Shown here in pieces: positions 51,851 through 64,000 of a stretch of 64,000 nucleotides of DNA. The translations under genes and the position numbers were made by a program. The notes below the pieces were generated by a model, which saw only the letters and a program-made list of their open reading frames with translations, was not told the origin of the DNA and ran no database searches. Within the stretch, counting starts at the first letter, position 1. Each line of letters begins with the position of its first letter. Source of the stretch: Octopus sinensis (lineage: Eukaryota); NCBI RefSeq assembly GCF_006345805.1, contig NC_043008.1, positions 26,660,001 through 26,724,000 of the forward strand. The letters run 5' to 3'.

Positions 51851-52502
51851 TACTCATCCCCACTTAAAAGTGGATGTATTAGAGCACAGGATACTGTGAT
51901 AGTTGCCATGACAGAAACTTTCAAATTGGCTTTTGTTGCATATAAACACCCACCCACCATCATCACTGCCAAGTCTACCAGATGATATGAATTCAGTCTT
52001 CTCTGGTCTTGTTAATGATAGATGCACAGATATAGAGGATAACAGCAATATCTCTGCTATGGATATAGGTAGAATCTCAATGCTAAAATAGGCAATTGTA
52101 TCATGAAGAGCCAGTGAGCTTATTAAAAAAACTATTAGTGACCAAAAGTGGGGAGAAATATAAATGCTTGGTATTAATACTGCATCTATCACTAATAACC
52201 ATGGTTATTAGTGATAGATGACTATTCACAACACTGTTGCCTATTAAGAGTCCATGTATATTGTTAGGAGATATATTGCTGCTATCTCCAGTGTCTGAGC
52301 ACCTACCATTGATGAGACCAGTAAAGGCCAAAATCATGTGATCTGATAGTTCAGCAGTGGCAATTATGGGTGATTTATATTCCTGCTAGCAATATTAGCA
52401 TTAGTGCATATATGCAACTAAAGCCAGTATGAGAAGTTCTCTCATGGTTATTATCACAGTATCCTGTATTCTAACACATCCTCTTTTAAGTAGGGATAAA
52501 TA
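51851..52502. mobile_element. ~650-bp foldback element with ~63-bp TIRs and TA ends
   Basis: tactcatccccacttaaaagtggatg...gccatga mirrors tcatggtt...ttttaagtagggataaata; further mirrored blocks inside; perfect 38-bp palindrome 52183-52220. Confidence 0.85.
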
Positions 52503-53274
52503 TTACCTTTTGATACTGTCTGTGGCTAATACTAATACTAATATTACAGACATCTAATAAAAATTTATAGATGTCTGTAAGGAGAATATAGTGTGAGTTT
52601 TAGATCTGAGATTTTCATTGTAGTTCATTGTGTAGAAAGAGTTCAATTTCAATTAAGAATTTCTTGAAATAATTCCAATGATCTTCTTTCCTGGCTATCT
52701 TGAAGAGATGATTGTCTCCTACCTTGATCTTCCACTATAAGGAGGACATCCTCAATCAATCAAGGATCTCTGTGAATGTTTCTTTCACTAGTCTCCTGAG
52801 ACAGATCATTTTTCTTTGACATAAAAAAATAACTTCTGTGTTCTTTGTTCATCATTGATAACTCATGATAACAACAACTGCTAAATGTAGATTAACTAAA
52901 CGTGTAACTAATTTTAGTTCAATACCAGTTGACACAGCAAATAGTTACTGAAACATCTAGAAGTCTTATCAGGTAATTTTTGGAAAATATTCTACATTTT
53001 CTTAGTGTGGTATATTTGAGGGCCATGTTTCCTGTTTGTTTAATTCACATGGATATGAATTAATAATGCTGATTACCTGCTGAGTCTTTGCCTACTTTCA
53101 GTGATTAGATATTTCACTCAGATAACCAACTGGAATTGTATTACCTAAGTTCATAAATTTCTACCTACCATATGTACACATACGTATATGAATAGAACAC
53201 TCCCACATAATATATAGATTGACAGACAGACAAATAGACAGGTATGTATGTTTGTGTGTGTATGTATATATGTG

Positions 53275-53277
53275 TAG

Positions 53278-53366
<89 letters not shown>

Positions 53367-53375
53367 CATACATAC
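53275..53375. repeat. (CTAT)n + (TA)n microsatellite
   Basis: Direct tandem arrays. Confidence 0.97.
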
Positions 53376-55261
53376 ATGGACATGCAGGCAGGCAGGCAGG
53401 AAGACAAACAGACAGACAGATAGATAGACGATTCATGTGTTTTAGGGGGCTTAAAGAGTAATCTTTAAATATATTAACTATTCACATTCAGTGACTATTC
53501 AGGTTATGCCAACATTCTCCAAACTCTGGTTCACAAATATGCTTTCTTCTCTCTTAGTCTTTTCTCTTCTGCTACTACTGTCATGGCCTCTATTCTTCAG
53601 AACTTCAGTCTTAGAAAATATAATGATAAAAGCAAGTAATTATGTAGAAGCTTCATCACTAGTCTCTATGCATAGTTGACAATTAATGTATTTCCACTTG
53701 TTGACTGTTATTATTGCACAATATATGCACCAACTACTTCCATAAAGTGTTTGCATATGTCATACTGTCTGAGTTAATTAATTGCAAGTTTTTAGATTCA
53801 AACCTATTTCAAGCAATATATACAGTTTTTGCCTTAGTTAAGGCATATAGCCCTTCACTTATATCAAGCTACATAGTTAAAAGTAAAAATTAAAACCGTA
53901 GCAATGCAGTTTCAATTATTAACTCTTTTCCCTCTCAAAAAAGAAAGAAAGAAGTAAATAATAGCATGTAGCCATAAAGAAAATCTCTGCTGCAAAGATT
54001 GAAGCCAATGACCATATTTGCTAACTATCGAATGTATATGCTTCTATAGGAAAGCAGCTGCCAAACAAAACCAAAATAAATCAAAGGAAAGGAATAAAGA
54101 ACATCAAAAACACTATCAAGCTGAAATGACAAGCAAGAACTTCAAAACACTAACAAAATAATACTTTATAGTTCTATAAAAGTGAAAACAAGTAGTCAAT
54201 AGAAGGATAAAATGAAACAGCAACACATTTCAAATCCTTTGACATAAATTGACTATTTCAAATCTATATCTCTTTATACTGCAGAGACAAGTATTTCTTC
54301 TTGTGTCTCACCCTAGACCCATTAGTTGCTCTCTCTATCATAAGAAATGACAGTAAACACAGTTCTTTGAATCCTGTTCTCTGTTCGTGATTGGAAGTAA
54401 GATGAATGCAAGCAAAGGTACATATTTTTATTTCTCGAAAGACATGGTTCTGCAAGTATACTCTATTGTCTGTTAAGCTACATTTGTCACTTGTCAAAAA
54501 TTCTTTTTTTTTTTTTTTTTGGCTTCCTAATCAAATTTCCCTTGCTTTTTTAAGTCTTGCGTTGTTTGGATTCTGCTTTCTGTTGATATAGTTTCAGTTC
54601 TTCATGAAAACTTTCCAAGGTAATATGCTCCATTTATTCAGAAGTCAAGTACATGTCAAGAATCATTAACTAGAATGGCCATTTACTGTGAACATAGACT
54701 CATTTGTTTTTTGATTTTTAGTTTTTCTTCAAAATCATAGAAAATGATTAAATATACATTTTGATGATATTGACTTTTAAGCAATATTTCAAGCATAATA
54801 ACATCTGAGAAAGGAAAAAACTTGTTGGCACTGGCAAATCAAAAGACAATTTTAGAAATCTATTAAATATGAATGTTAACTTTTATATATCACTGAACAA
54901 AAAAAGGAAAACTATTACGCATTGTATTATTTTGTTTAAAACTATTGTATGTTTAGTTTTAGAGAGTTGAGTTGCAGCAATATTTTGAGCAGGAATAATC
55001 AATTAGATCAAAATACTCTGTCTCTCTCTACAGGTTGGGATTTAACATTGGAATCTAGAAGGATGAAGTTCAATACTTTAAGTCATTTAGAATGATGCTT
55101 AACATTCATCACTTAGTTAACCCTGTAAGAATGTATTTTTAAGCCATGTTGGAAATCTTTCTACATCAAGTTTGCATTTAGTACATGATATTATGCATCA
55201 TCAAACATGTTATGCATGCAATATATTATTGGTTGGCACTTGTTGTATAAAGAACATGATA

Positions 55262-55442
55262 TTGGTTTCAAATTTTGGCACAAGACCATCAAGTTTGTGG
55301 TAGAGGGTTAAGTTGATTACATCAACTCCACTGCTTAACTTGTACTTATTTTATTGACCCAGAAAAGTTGAAAGGCAAAGTCAGCCATAGCAGAATTTAA
55401 ACTCAGAATGTAAAGACAATGATTCTGCCAGCTCATTGCCTT
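55262..55442 (-). mobile_element. Family A SINE relic
   Basis: ttttggcacaagacc...gaaaggcaaagtcagcc...gattctgccagctcattgcc. Confidence 0.8.
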
Positions 55443-55579
55443 AATGCAGTACGGGATATTAAATGTAATGATACATATATTCTACATGACTCATTTTGTG
55501 TATGTTATAGTATGTTGCATATGCAGAAATTACTTATATATGGCTAGTCAACTAACTTGACTTGAAGCAACTAACTTAT

Positions 55580-55760
55580 ATGTCCTATCAGAAACGGAAG
55601 CCAAACCTCCCTCAAATCACACCATACTCTTTTAACTATAGAATGACACATTATATAATGTAGTCCTAGACATATAAGATGAAAGGGTTTTAGCTAGTTC
55701 ACTTTCAATTATAGGTCTGTTCAGTCAGGGATGATCTAATGGTAAACAGCAACAACAAAT
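55580..55760 (+). mobile_element. Family E short retro-element
   Basis: ccctcaaatcacacc...ataggtctgttcagtcaggg...aaacagcaacaacaa. Confidence 0.6.
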
Positions 55761-56006
55761 TGTGCAGGCTAGTTTGAATGATTAAAAAATTCAAATCACA
55801 TTTAGATGGGTCCAATGGATAGTATAGCACCCAAGGGACCTACTTTCTGCTAAGGTTTTGGCTTGAATAAACTAATTTAAGTGAAATGTGATAGATTGAA
55901 ACTGGATAGAAGATCACCACAGTAAGGAACCAGACTTGGCATTTTACATAAAGAAATTCAGTATCTGCCTGGATATTACATCCCTCCTCTTACTATATAT
56001 ATAGAG

Positions 56007-56150
56007 AGAGGCACAGGAGTAGCTATGCAGTAAGTAGCTTGCTTACCAACCACATGGTTCTGGGTTAAGTCTCACTGCATGGCATCTTCGACAAGTGCCT
56101 TCTACTAAAACCTTGGGACGACCAAAGCCTTGTGAGTGGATTTGGTGGAT
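56007..56150 (+). mobile_element. Family B SINE head (uninterrupted reference copy)
   Basis: ggcacaggagtagctatgcagtaagtagcttgcttaccaaccacatgg shows the empty-site sequence for the insertion at 56894. Confidence 0.85.
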
Positions 56151-56304
56151 TTGGGTTTGGCCAGATTGGAGCAATCTCAAGATTAATCAGCCAAAATTGC
56201 AAGGATGATCCGGTTCTTGAAGATAAAAGGCTTCGAATGACCCATGTGTGTTTTTTTTGTATCGTCTATCTGGATGTTTTGTTATCACATTTTGCGTTCT
56301 TGTC

Positions 56305-56480
<176 letters not shown>

Positions 56481-56512
56481 ACCTACCTATATGTATATAT
56501 GTGTGTGTGCAT

Positions 56513-56862
56513 GTTTATATTTTGGAATGGTCGATTTTTTCTGTTTTTTGCCAAATAAACACATGCACTATCTATTTGTTTTTCACTCGTTTATTATTGC
56601 TCTTGTTTTATATATGTCCATTGTCTGGAAATCTTTTGTTGCACATCTGTGACCTCTTCAGTGACCCTTTCCAACTCTTTCCATCTATGTGTATCCTCCT
56701 ATTCTGCCTAATTCATTCAGAATGGATTAGGCGAAGCAAGAGGATATATGTGGATGGAAAGGGTCCCTGGAGAGGTCACATATATGGGATGAAAGATTTC
56801 AAGACAATGAAATATAAAATAAGAGCAATAATAAATGAGTGAAAAACATATAGATAAGTGCA
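56513..56862. mobile_element. Foldback element, right arm truncated at a SINE head
   Basis: 56565-56716 is complementary to 56718-56862 around cattc-a-gaatg; roughly 80% matched by eye. Confidence 0.8.
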
Positions 56863-58270
56863 GGAGTGGCTGTGTGGTAAGTAGCTTGCTTACGCGCATG
56901 CGTCACCCAAAGTGCATTTGGTTTGTTGTATGTATCGGACGAACTCAGACTTTAGTGGGTCTGAGTTGTCTTCAGCAGAGAAGGAACTCGTGAGGGCAGT
57001 CATAAAGATGGATGGAGTGTTGGAAAAGACAAAGAGTTTTGCTGAGGTCACGGAGATGAAGCGAAGGGTGTTGGAATTGGATGGTCTGAAGGATTATAAG
57101 ATGTTACAGAAGGTGGGAGGGGACGAGAGGCTGTCGCTCCTCCAAAGGAATTATTGAGCGGATGGAGAAGAAAACAATCACCTATAAGGTGTTCTCATTG
57201 AAAGGAAAAAAGGCTGAGCAGGTGGAAGCTGAAACGGAAAAGGCGCTAAGGGAGAGGTCTAAAGAAATAATATATATTACCAAAGGAAAGATATATGGGA
57301 CAATGGACGTCCAATTTAGCACAGAAGAGGCGATGAGGTGAGGAAATGAGAAAAAGGAAGAAGAATGGAAAGTTACAGAGAGCAGGAGAAAGAAGAAAAA
57401 AAGAAAAAACATTGAGTATGATGTGGTACCCCAGTCTAACACCATCCCACTCAAGACCACTCAGACCCATCCTCCCCATACAGACACCAAACCAACCCAC
57501 TCCATCTCCCCACAAGAAAAAAAGATAAAGAAAGAACAGACAATTTAGAAGACACCCTCCCTCCCAGTGAAAATGGTTACAAATGCATGATGGATAGAAT
57601 GATGTCACTAAGTGATGGAGAAAAAGGAAAAAGGACTGGAGTGAAGGATAAAAAGGACTTAGGACACAGAGGCAGTGAGTGGTGTTACTCAGTGTGGGGT
57701 GAGTAGCACACTCTTCATGATATCATTTTCAGATATCATTCATATTATCATATTTTAATTTGTTCTTCATGTTCATTTTCATGTATCATTCATTATATCA
57801 TATTTTATTTTTATATTTTTAATTGTTATATGTCCCCACATGTGTTGTAGTGACCCCCTCTGTATAAATGCCTTTATGGTAAAATCATTGAAATAAAGTA
57901 GCTTGCTTACCAACCACATTGTTCCAGGGTCAGTCACACTGCATGGCACCTTGGGCAAGTGTCTTCTACTATAGCCTCGGGCTGGCCGAATCCTTGTGAG
58001 TGGATTTGGTAGATGTAAACTGGGAGAAGCCTGTCATATATATATATGTATGTGTGTGTATATGTTTGTGTGTTTGTATCCCCACCCCCAACATCACATG
58101 ACAACTGTTGTTGGTGTGTTTACGTCCCCGTAACTTAGTGGTTCAGCAAAAAGAGACTGATGGAATAAGTACTAGGCTTTCAAAGAATAAGTTCTGGGGT
58201 CGATTTGCTCTCGACTAAAGGCAGTGCTCCAGCATGGCCACAGTCAAATGGCTGAAACAAGTAAAAGAGT
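56860..58270 (+). mobile_element. Family B SINE split by a 1002-bp insertion (56860-56893 + 57896-58270)
   Basis: Head gcaggagtggctgtgtggtaagtagcttgcttac resumes as aagtagcttgcttaccaaccac and runs to tgaaacaagtaaaagag. Confidence 0.92.
56894..57895 (+). mobile_element. ORF1-only, internally deleted L1/Tx1-type retroelement with 15-bp TSD
   Basis: TSD aagtagcttgcttac at 56879-93 and 57896-910; ORF1-like frames 56912-57157 and 57153 to about 57550 (one internal stop); T-rich 3' UTR ending in AATAAA; no RT or EN sequence. Confidence 0.8.
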
Positions 58271-59084
58271 GTATGTGTTTACTTGGCAAAAAAAAAAAAG
58301 AATGGCTATCCTGAAATATAACACATGATTACACATCAGGAATCTCACAAAACAAATTCATAAATGTAAATCTATATCTATAATATATGCATGTATGTAT
58401 GTATGTATGTATATATATATATATATATATACATGCATACGTATGTACACACACATATGTAAAGGCTTGGCTAATCTGTAAGGACAAGACTTTCACTTCA
58501 CAAGCATATTGTCATGTGGTCTATCCCATTCCACGCCATTTGGACTACTACCCTGTAAATGAAATTTTTACAAAGGCCCAACTAGTGTGAGCCTATGTGT
58601 GTGTTTGTCGTGTGTATATTGATGTATAAAATTACTTTTTTATACATATACGAGGGAGAAAATTTCTCTTAAAATTAGCCTATGCATGATAAGCAAAACA
58701 CACATATACAAAATAAGATATACATGCATACTTCTCACAATGTTATGAAGACAGAAAATTTGAAGGCAGTTTAATTTTTGCCTTTATTTCAACTATACTT
58801 TTGTACTTTGGAGCTGAACTTACTATGAATGCTATTAACATTGTAATGTTTTGTGTATATACAACTTGAAAGGCAGTAAATATTCCACTTATCTAACATC
58901 AAAATAGTATCCATTTACTGTGAAGTATATAATGAATTTCATGCATTAAATTAGCATTTTTGTAGTGAATTAGCAATCATTTCTTTTTTTATATTGTATA
59001 ATTAATATTTATAATTCTTGTCAGATGGGCACTGCCATCCTTACCAACCCAAACAGGTTCTTCAGATATGTATACACATATTTT

Positions 59085-59199
59085 ATATACATGTATGTAT
59101 GTATGTATGTATGTATGTATGTATGTATGTATATATATAGCTATAGATATATCTGCACATATATAAGAAATATATATATTTTATTTATATGCATATATA

Positions 59200-59241
<42 letters not shown>

Positions 59242-59258
59242 TATACACACATATATAC

Positions 59259-59290
<32 letters not shown>

Positions 59291-59371
59291 GTACATATAT
59301 GTATATATATATATGTGTATGTATATATATATGTGTGTGTGTGTATATATATATGTATATGTATATAAATG

Positions 59372-59460
<89 letters not shown>

Positions 59461-59480
59461 GTGTGTGTATATATATATGA

Positions 59481-59550
<70 letters not shown>
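59085..59550. repeat. Long compound (TATG)n/(TA)n microsatellite
   Basis: Direct tandem arrays. Confidence 0.98.
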
Positions 59551-59551
<1 letters not shown>

Positions 59552-60544
59552 AGCACACACACATAACATGCAATAAATTCTTGATTTATTAAAATTTCCC
59601 CTACTTTCAGAGAGAGCAGACCAACCTATTAGTGGCAACTGGTACAGTACACTTACACATACATACATACATACATACATACATACATACACATACAGAC
59701 CCACACACATCTGTGTACATATGTATATATCTATATATTTAAGCATACATAGATGCATTTATACATACTGACATATGTACATACTTACATTTATAAATAT
59801 ATGCGAAAGATGCTTCAGCATAGTTTCTGCATACATTATGATATTTCAATCTATATTGTTTAAAATAAGTACCGAAATATTGTTGTTGATAATATCGACT
59901 AAATTCCTTGATGTTTTGTTTCTCTCAAACATCTAAAGTTTTTTCCCATGCATATGGTTATACTAAGTAGTCAAACCACTTGCTGTTTGAGTTTAGTTTA
60001 TATGACAGCATTAAATTACTAAAAATTAACATTTATCTCAAAATTTTTGCTTCCAAACAATAATCTAATGATGCATACACTGTGAAAGTTGACCATTATC
60101 AGGTTAAAGATAACTGATTTACATTTATACAGATTAAAATCTAAGGGAAGAAGCTTGTGTTATCTCAAATTTAAATTGGCAAATTTACACAGACTTAGTT
60201 CTAGTTGATATTTTTCCCCTTTGCTCCCTGTAATAAATATATCATAGCAGTCAGTTGCCTATGATTATGCCTTTATAGCAAGTACCATGCCTTCCCTGAT
60301 CGTTTTAGATTCTTATGCAGTTACATGAAGTCATAAACACTCTGCTGGCTCTGTGAAACTTACGCCCGTGGTATATTCAAGATATAGGCACAGGAGTGGC
60401 TGTGTGGTAAGAAAGTTGCTTCTCAAGCACACAATTCTGGGTTCAGTCCCACTGCATAGCACCTTGGGCTAACCAAAGCCTTGTGAATTGATTTGGTAGA
60501 TGGAAACTGAGAGATGCCTGTCGTATATATATATATATATATAT

Positions 60545-60735
60545 TAATTTAAATTAACAATTGAGGATAAAATCTTTAAAAGAAATTATCAGTAGTCAGC
60601 GTGAAAAACCTCGTAAGAGAAAAAATCCGTAAATTCTTCCTCTTTGAAAATATTCATTTATATTATATTGAGGGTACTACCATTCGTAGATACCAACACG
60701 CTAAGAGGGACCAATGCGGTCAAGAATATATATAT
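60545..60735. mobile_element. Short CpG-containing insertion between (TA)n tracts
   Basis: About 175 bp of non-SINE sequence with several CpG, bounded on both sides by (TA)n. Confidence 0.5.
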
Positions 60736-60769
60736 ATATATATATATATATTCCTTGTCTTGCAAGTTA

Positions 60770-61080
60770 TATTGTGACCCTGTCACTGCTGGTGCCACAT
60801 AAAAAGCATCCAGTCCTCACTGGTTGGCATTTGGAAGGGCATCCAGCTGTAAAAATCATGCCCAAACTAACCTCGCCTTTACTAGTACCATGTAAAAAGC
60901 ACTGAGTTCACTCTGCAGAATGGTTGGTGTTAGGAAGAATATCCAGCTGTAAAATCCCAGCCAAAACAGACATAGTAGCCAAGGGTAGTTTTTCAACCTG
61001 GCCAGCTTTGGTGAACTGTCCTACCCACGCATTCATGGCAGATGGACATTGAACGATGATGATGATGATGATGATATATA
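60770..61080 (+). mobile_element. RTE-type tail element with internally duplicated tail block
   Basis: ggttggcatttggaagggcatccagctgtaaaa occurs at 60822 and again, diverged, at 60922; (GAT)n at 61054-61074. Confidence 0.82.
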
Positions 61081-61790
61081 TATATATATGGGTGTGTGTT
61101 TGTGTCTGTGTTTCTCCTCCCACCATCACTTGACAACTGATGTTGGTGTATTTATGTCCCTGTAACTTAGCAGTTCAGCAAAAAGAGACCAGTAAAATAG
61201 GTACTAGACTTAGAAAACAAGTCTTGGGATCAATTTCTTTGACTAAAAAAAGTTGGTGCTCCAGCATGGCCATAGTCAAATGACTGAAACATGTAAAAGA
61301 ATGAAAGAATACACCTGCTGAGATAGTGCTAAACCAGTACTAGGATGTTGGTCCAAAAATTTAACTGCAAAACTGACATCTCAGATTTATCAATTTTCTA
61401 AGTACTTCTAGTTTTTGGTGCCAGTTTCTGTATATTCTTTAAAATTTGGTGAAGTGTATAGTTCACTCATTTGGCCATAGTAAGACTGAATTTCTTGGAG
61501 TTGTCTCCTGAAGTTGTCAAAGTAATTAGTTTTTCTCATGATATAATTATTTCAAATTAGCTAATTAATGCTTTAATCATTCATTAAATATGCTATAACT
61601 AGCTTAAAAATGTGGCATAACATAAGTTTTCTATAAATACAATAATTGTCAGCAAATGTTCTCTTCACCAAACATGGTCTATGGTAGAAGTGAATTTGAG
61701 CTTGCAATTATACTGGTTTGGTAAGCCTACTTTGCCACACTGGCTCAAAATGGCATGGTAGAGGGGTGCAGTTTTTATACTCTTACCCAT

Positions 61791-61963
61791 GAGCAGTAAA
61801 GTTGATTACATTGATCGACCCCAGGGCGAAATTGGTAATTATTTTATTGACTCTGAATGGATGAAAGGCAAAGTCGATCTTGGTGGAATTTGAAGTTAGA
61901 ATGTAAGGACAAACGAAATCCATCTAAGTATTTTGCCTGACATGCTAACGAATCTGCCAGCTT
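61791..61963 (-). mobile_element. Family A SINE
   Basis: atgaaaggcaaagtcgatcttggtggaatttgaagttagaatg...catgctaacgaatctgccagct. Confidence 0.85.
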
Positions 61964-61964
61964 G

Positions 61965-61967
61965 TCT

Positions 61968-61999
<32 letters not shown>

Positions 62000-62130
62000 T
62001 GTATGTATGTATGTACGTGTGTGTGTATGAATGTATGTATGTCTTTATGTATGTATGTATGCATGTGTGTGCGTATGTATGTATGTGTGTATGTATGTAT
62101 GTAATATACCTGCCTGCATGTATACATAAA
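61965..62130. repeat. (TATG)n microsatellite
   Basis: Direct tandem arrays. Confidence 0.95.
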
Positions 62131-62289
62131 TGCACACATGCACACACACTCATATGTGAGGGTTTTATCAAAGGTAATGCAAAAACTGTTCCCAATATTT
62201 TTATTAACTAGTGTGGTAATTAGTACATATGTGTGCAGACCATCTCGTTTGCAGTAGTAAATTTCTTTCTATTCTTCCTCAATTCAGGA

Positions 62290-63300
62290 AAATAATGGCT
62301 TCAAGGCAGAATAATGTCCTATTATTGTGTTCATGATGAAAGTGTGAAGGCAGACTGTCTTATGGCAGAATGTTACAGTTATTTATAGAGATGACCATTA
62401 GCATGTGTAACGTGCACAAATGGATGAAGGAGTTTAAAGGGAAAACCAGCATTGAAGGCAAACTATGCAGTGGAAGACTATTTAGTGTGACTACTGACAC
62501 AAATCGCAAGTGAGTAAACAAACTGATTTTGTGGACAGATAAATCACAATCCCTGAATTTGCTGCACAAGACTGAGGTTACAATGCATTACAGAAGATGG
62601 TGGAAGACTTTGGATATTGGAAAGCATTGCAAAGTAGACATCTTAGCAGTTGGGAACCGGTTTGAATGGGTGAAGAGTGGAAGTGCGTGCTGATCAGCTA
62701 GAAATGTTGAAAGTCAATAAAGAGATGCTGTTTTCCAATCTGGTGACAGGAAGGAAATGTGAACAGAAATAATGGCTTAGTCCATGGAATGGTTTCACCT
62801 CTTTTCTAACGCCACAGAATTTCAAGAACCAGTAATCAGCATAGAAAGTTATGGTGACAGGTTTAAGGATGACAAGTCTGTCATTCACCTTAATATTCTG
62901 GAATGTGGTTGTACTGTGAACAGCAAGTGGTACACAGAGATACAAAACTGCTTAAGGAAGCCACTGAACAAGTATCAGAGAAACAATCCATATTCACCAT
63001 AACAATGCATGACTACACACATCTAAGGCAACAAATCAAGCAATGCTGAGCTGGTAATAGATCCTTCCAACTACTATACAGCCCACATCTGGTGTTCTAC
63101 AACTTCCATCTGTTCAGGATAGTGAAGAATAGTCTTCAGAGGCAGAGATTTGTTGGTAACGAAATAGTGAAATTCCTTGTGAAGAACAAGTGGATACAAC
63201 ATGCACACATGTATTTGTTTCAAAAGGATTCAAAAGTTAGATTAACTAATGTTGCAAAAGTGTTGCTTGTGATGGGGATTACCAACATATTTCAAATGAC
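62290..63300 (+). mobile_element. Decayed mariner transposase
   Basis: HKWMKEFKG, CSGR, HHNNA, YSPH, NFHLFRIVKNSLQRQRF. Confidence 0.75.
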
Positions 63301-63342
63301 TTTTGTTGGTTTTGCATAGCTATGATTCAACTCTCATGCATG

Positions 63343-63394
<52 letters not shown>

Positions 63395-63449
63395 CACACA
63401 CACACATACACACACACACACATACACACACATATATATATATATATGT

Positions 63450-63620
63450 AGGAGGAAATGCTTGAGGCATGCAGGCATGGTCAGCCATCAGAGATGTCAC
63501 ATAAATCAACCCCTTGTAAATTCTGATATGGCTATTGTTCACAACAGAACATGTGCAACATGTGGAAAGGTGTGCCATTGAGTAGAGGATTAAAACACAT
63601 GTCAAAAGACTTCATACTGT
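63450..63620 (+). mobile_element. Possible RTE ORF2 C-terminal zinc-finger relic
   Basis: RTCATCGKVC then, frameshifted, SRGLKHM. Confidence 0.45.
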
Positions 63621-63789
63621 AGTACCTGTTCCCTCTTCCAGCCACCACAACTATGCATTATACAATAAAATGTGCAAATATTTGGCAGGACTCAAGAATG
63701 ATATAAGGGCCTCACACTGCATTACCAATGACTCATTTCAATGATTTTTTCTAGCAATGGTTTAGCTTGTATATGAGAAAGCAGCCACT

Positions 63790-63888
63790 ACTATATATAT
63801 ACATATGTGTGTGTGTGTGTGTGTAAAAATATATATATGCATACATATATACATATACATATATATATACATGCATATATATACATAT

Positions 63889-63923
<35 letters not shown>

Positions 63924-63927
63924 TATA

Positions 63928-63959
<32 letters not shown>

Positions 63960-63960
63960 T
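63790..63960. repeat. (TA)n/(TACATA)n microsatellite
   Basis: Direct tandem arrays. Confidence 0.96.
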
Positions 63961-64000
63961 CCTTTATTCTTTTACTTGTTTCAGTCATTTAACTGCAGCC
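63961..64000 (-). mobile_element. 3' end of a family B SINE running off the window
   Basis: ctttattcttttacttgtttcagtcatttaactgcagcc matches 68-105. Confidence 0.8.

Larger units (their letters stand above)
60386..61310 (+). mobile_element. Family B SINE split by two nested insertions in its internal (TA)n
   Basis: Head 60386-60525; 3' half resumes near 61090 (gtgtgtgtttgtgtctg...gtcaaatgactgaaacatgtaaaagaatg). Confidence 0.85.

Noticed and set aside
54264-54497. Minus-strand ORF with a gtgaga donor near 54310
   Set aside because: No recognisable homology; its phase does not match the 43357 acceptor.
54598-54619. 22-nt plus-strand micro-exon
   Set aside because: Splice-like signals alone are too common by chance in AT-rich DNA.
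56200-56245. Hammerhead in the repeat after the SINE head
   Set aside because: Neither CUGANGA nor a properly placed GAAA is present.
56860-56893. tRNA genes
   Set aside because: All tRNA-like A/B-box sequences are SINE heads followed by SINE bodies; no cloverleaf could be built.
59025-59758. Long ORFs of IY/YI/VC/HT repeats here and at many other microsatellites
   Set aside because: They are translations of (TA)n, (TG)n and (TACA)n arrays that lack stop codons.

Overview
AT-rich eukaryotic, repeat-dominated DNA. The microsatellite load and the SINE/LINE families suggest a coleoid cephalopod, most likely Octopus (inference from recalled repeat families, not a database result). No complete protein-coding gene can be built. 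The best host-gene evidence is one orphan minus-strand exon (43152-43357). The window is a nested transposon graveyard: at least four SINE-like families, RTE, CR1, R4/Dong and L1/Tx1-type LINE relics, Penelope-like relics with decayed hammerhead cores, four mariners, a hAT relic, a hAT MITE, a FLYWCH-MULE relic, an LTR and a Helitron. Most notable: (i) a 1002-bp ORF1-only retroelement with a perfect 15-bp TSD inside a SINE head; (ii) a Helitron carrying a homologous ORF1 fragment; (iii) three unrelated 270-650 bp foldback elements; (iv) an isolated 72-nt pre-miRNA-like hairpin; (v) a reiterated stem-loop in RTE-type 3' tails. All translations and alignments were done by eye. Boundaries of old relics are approximate.
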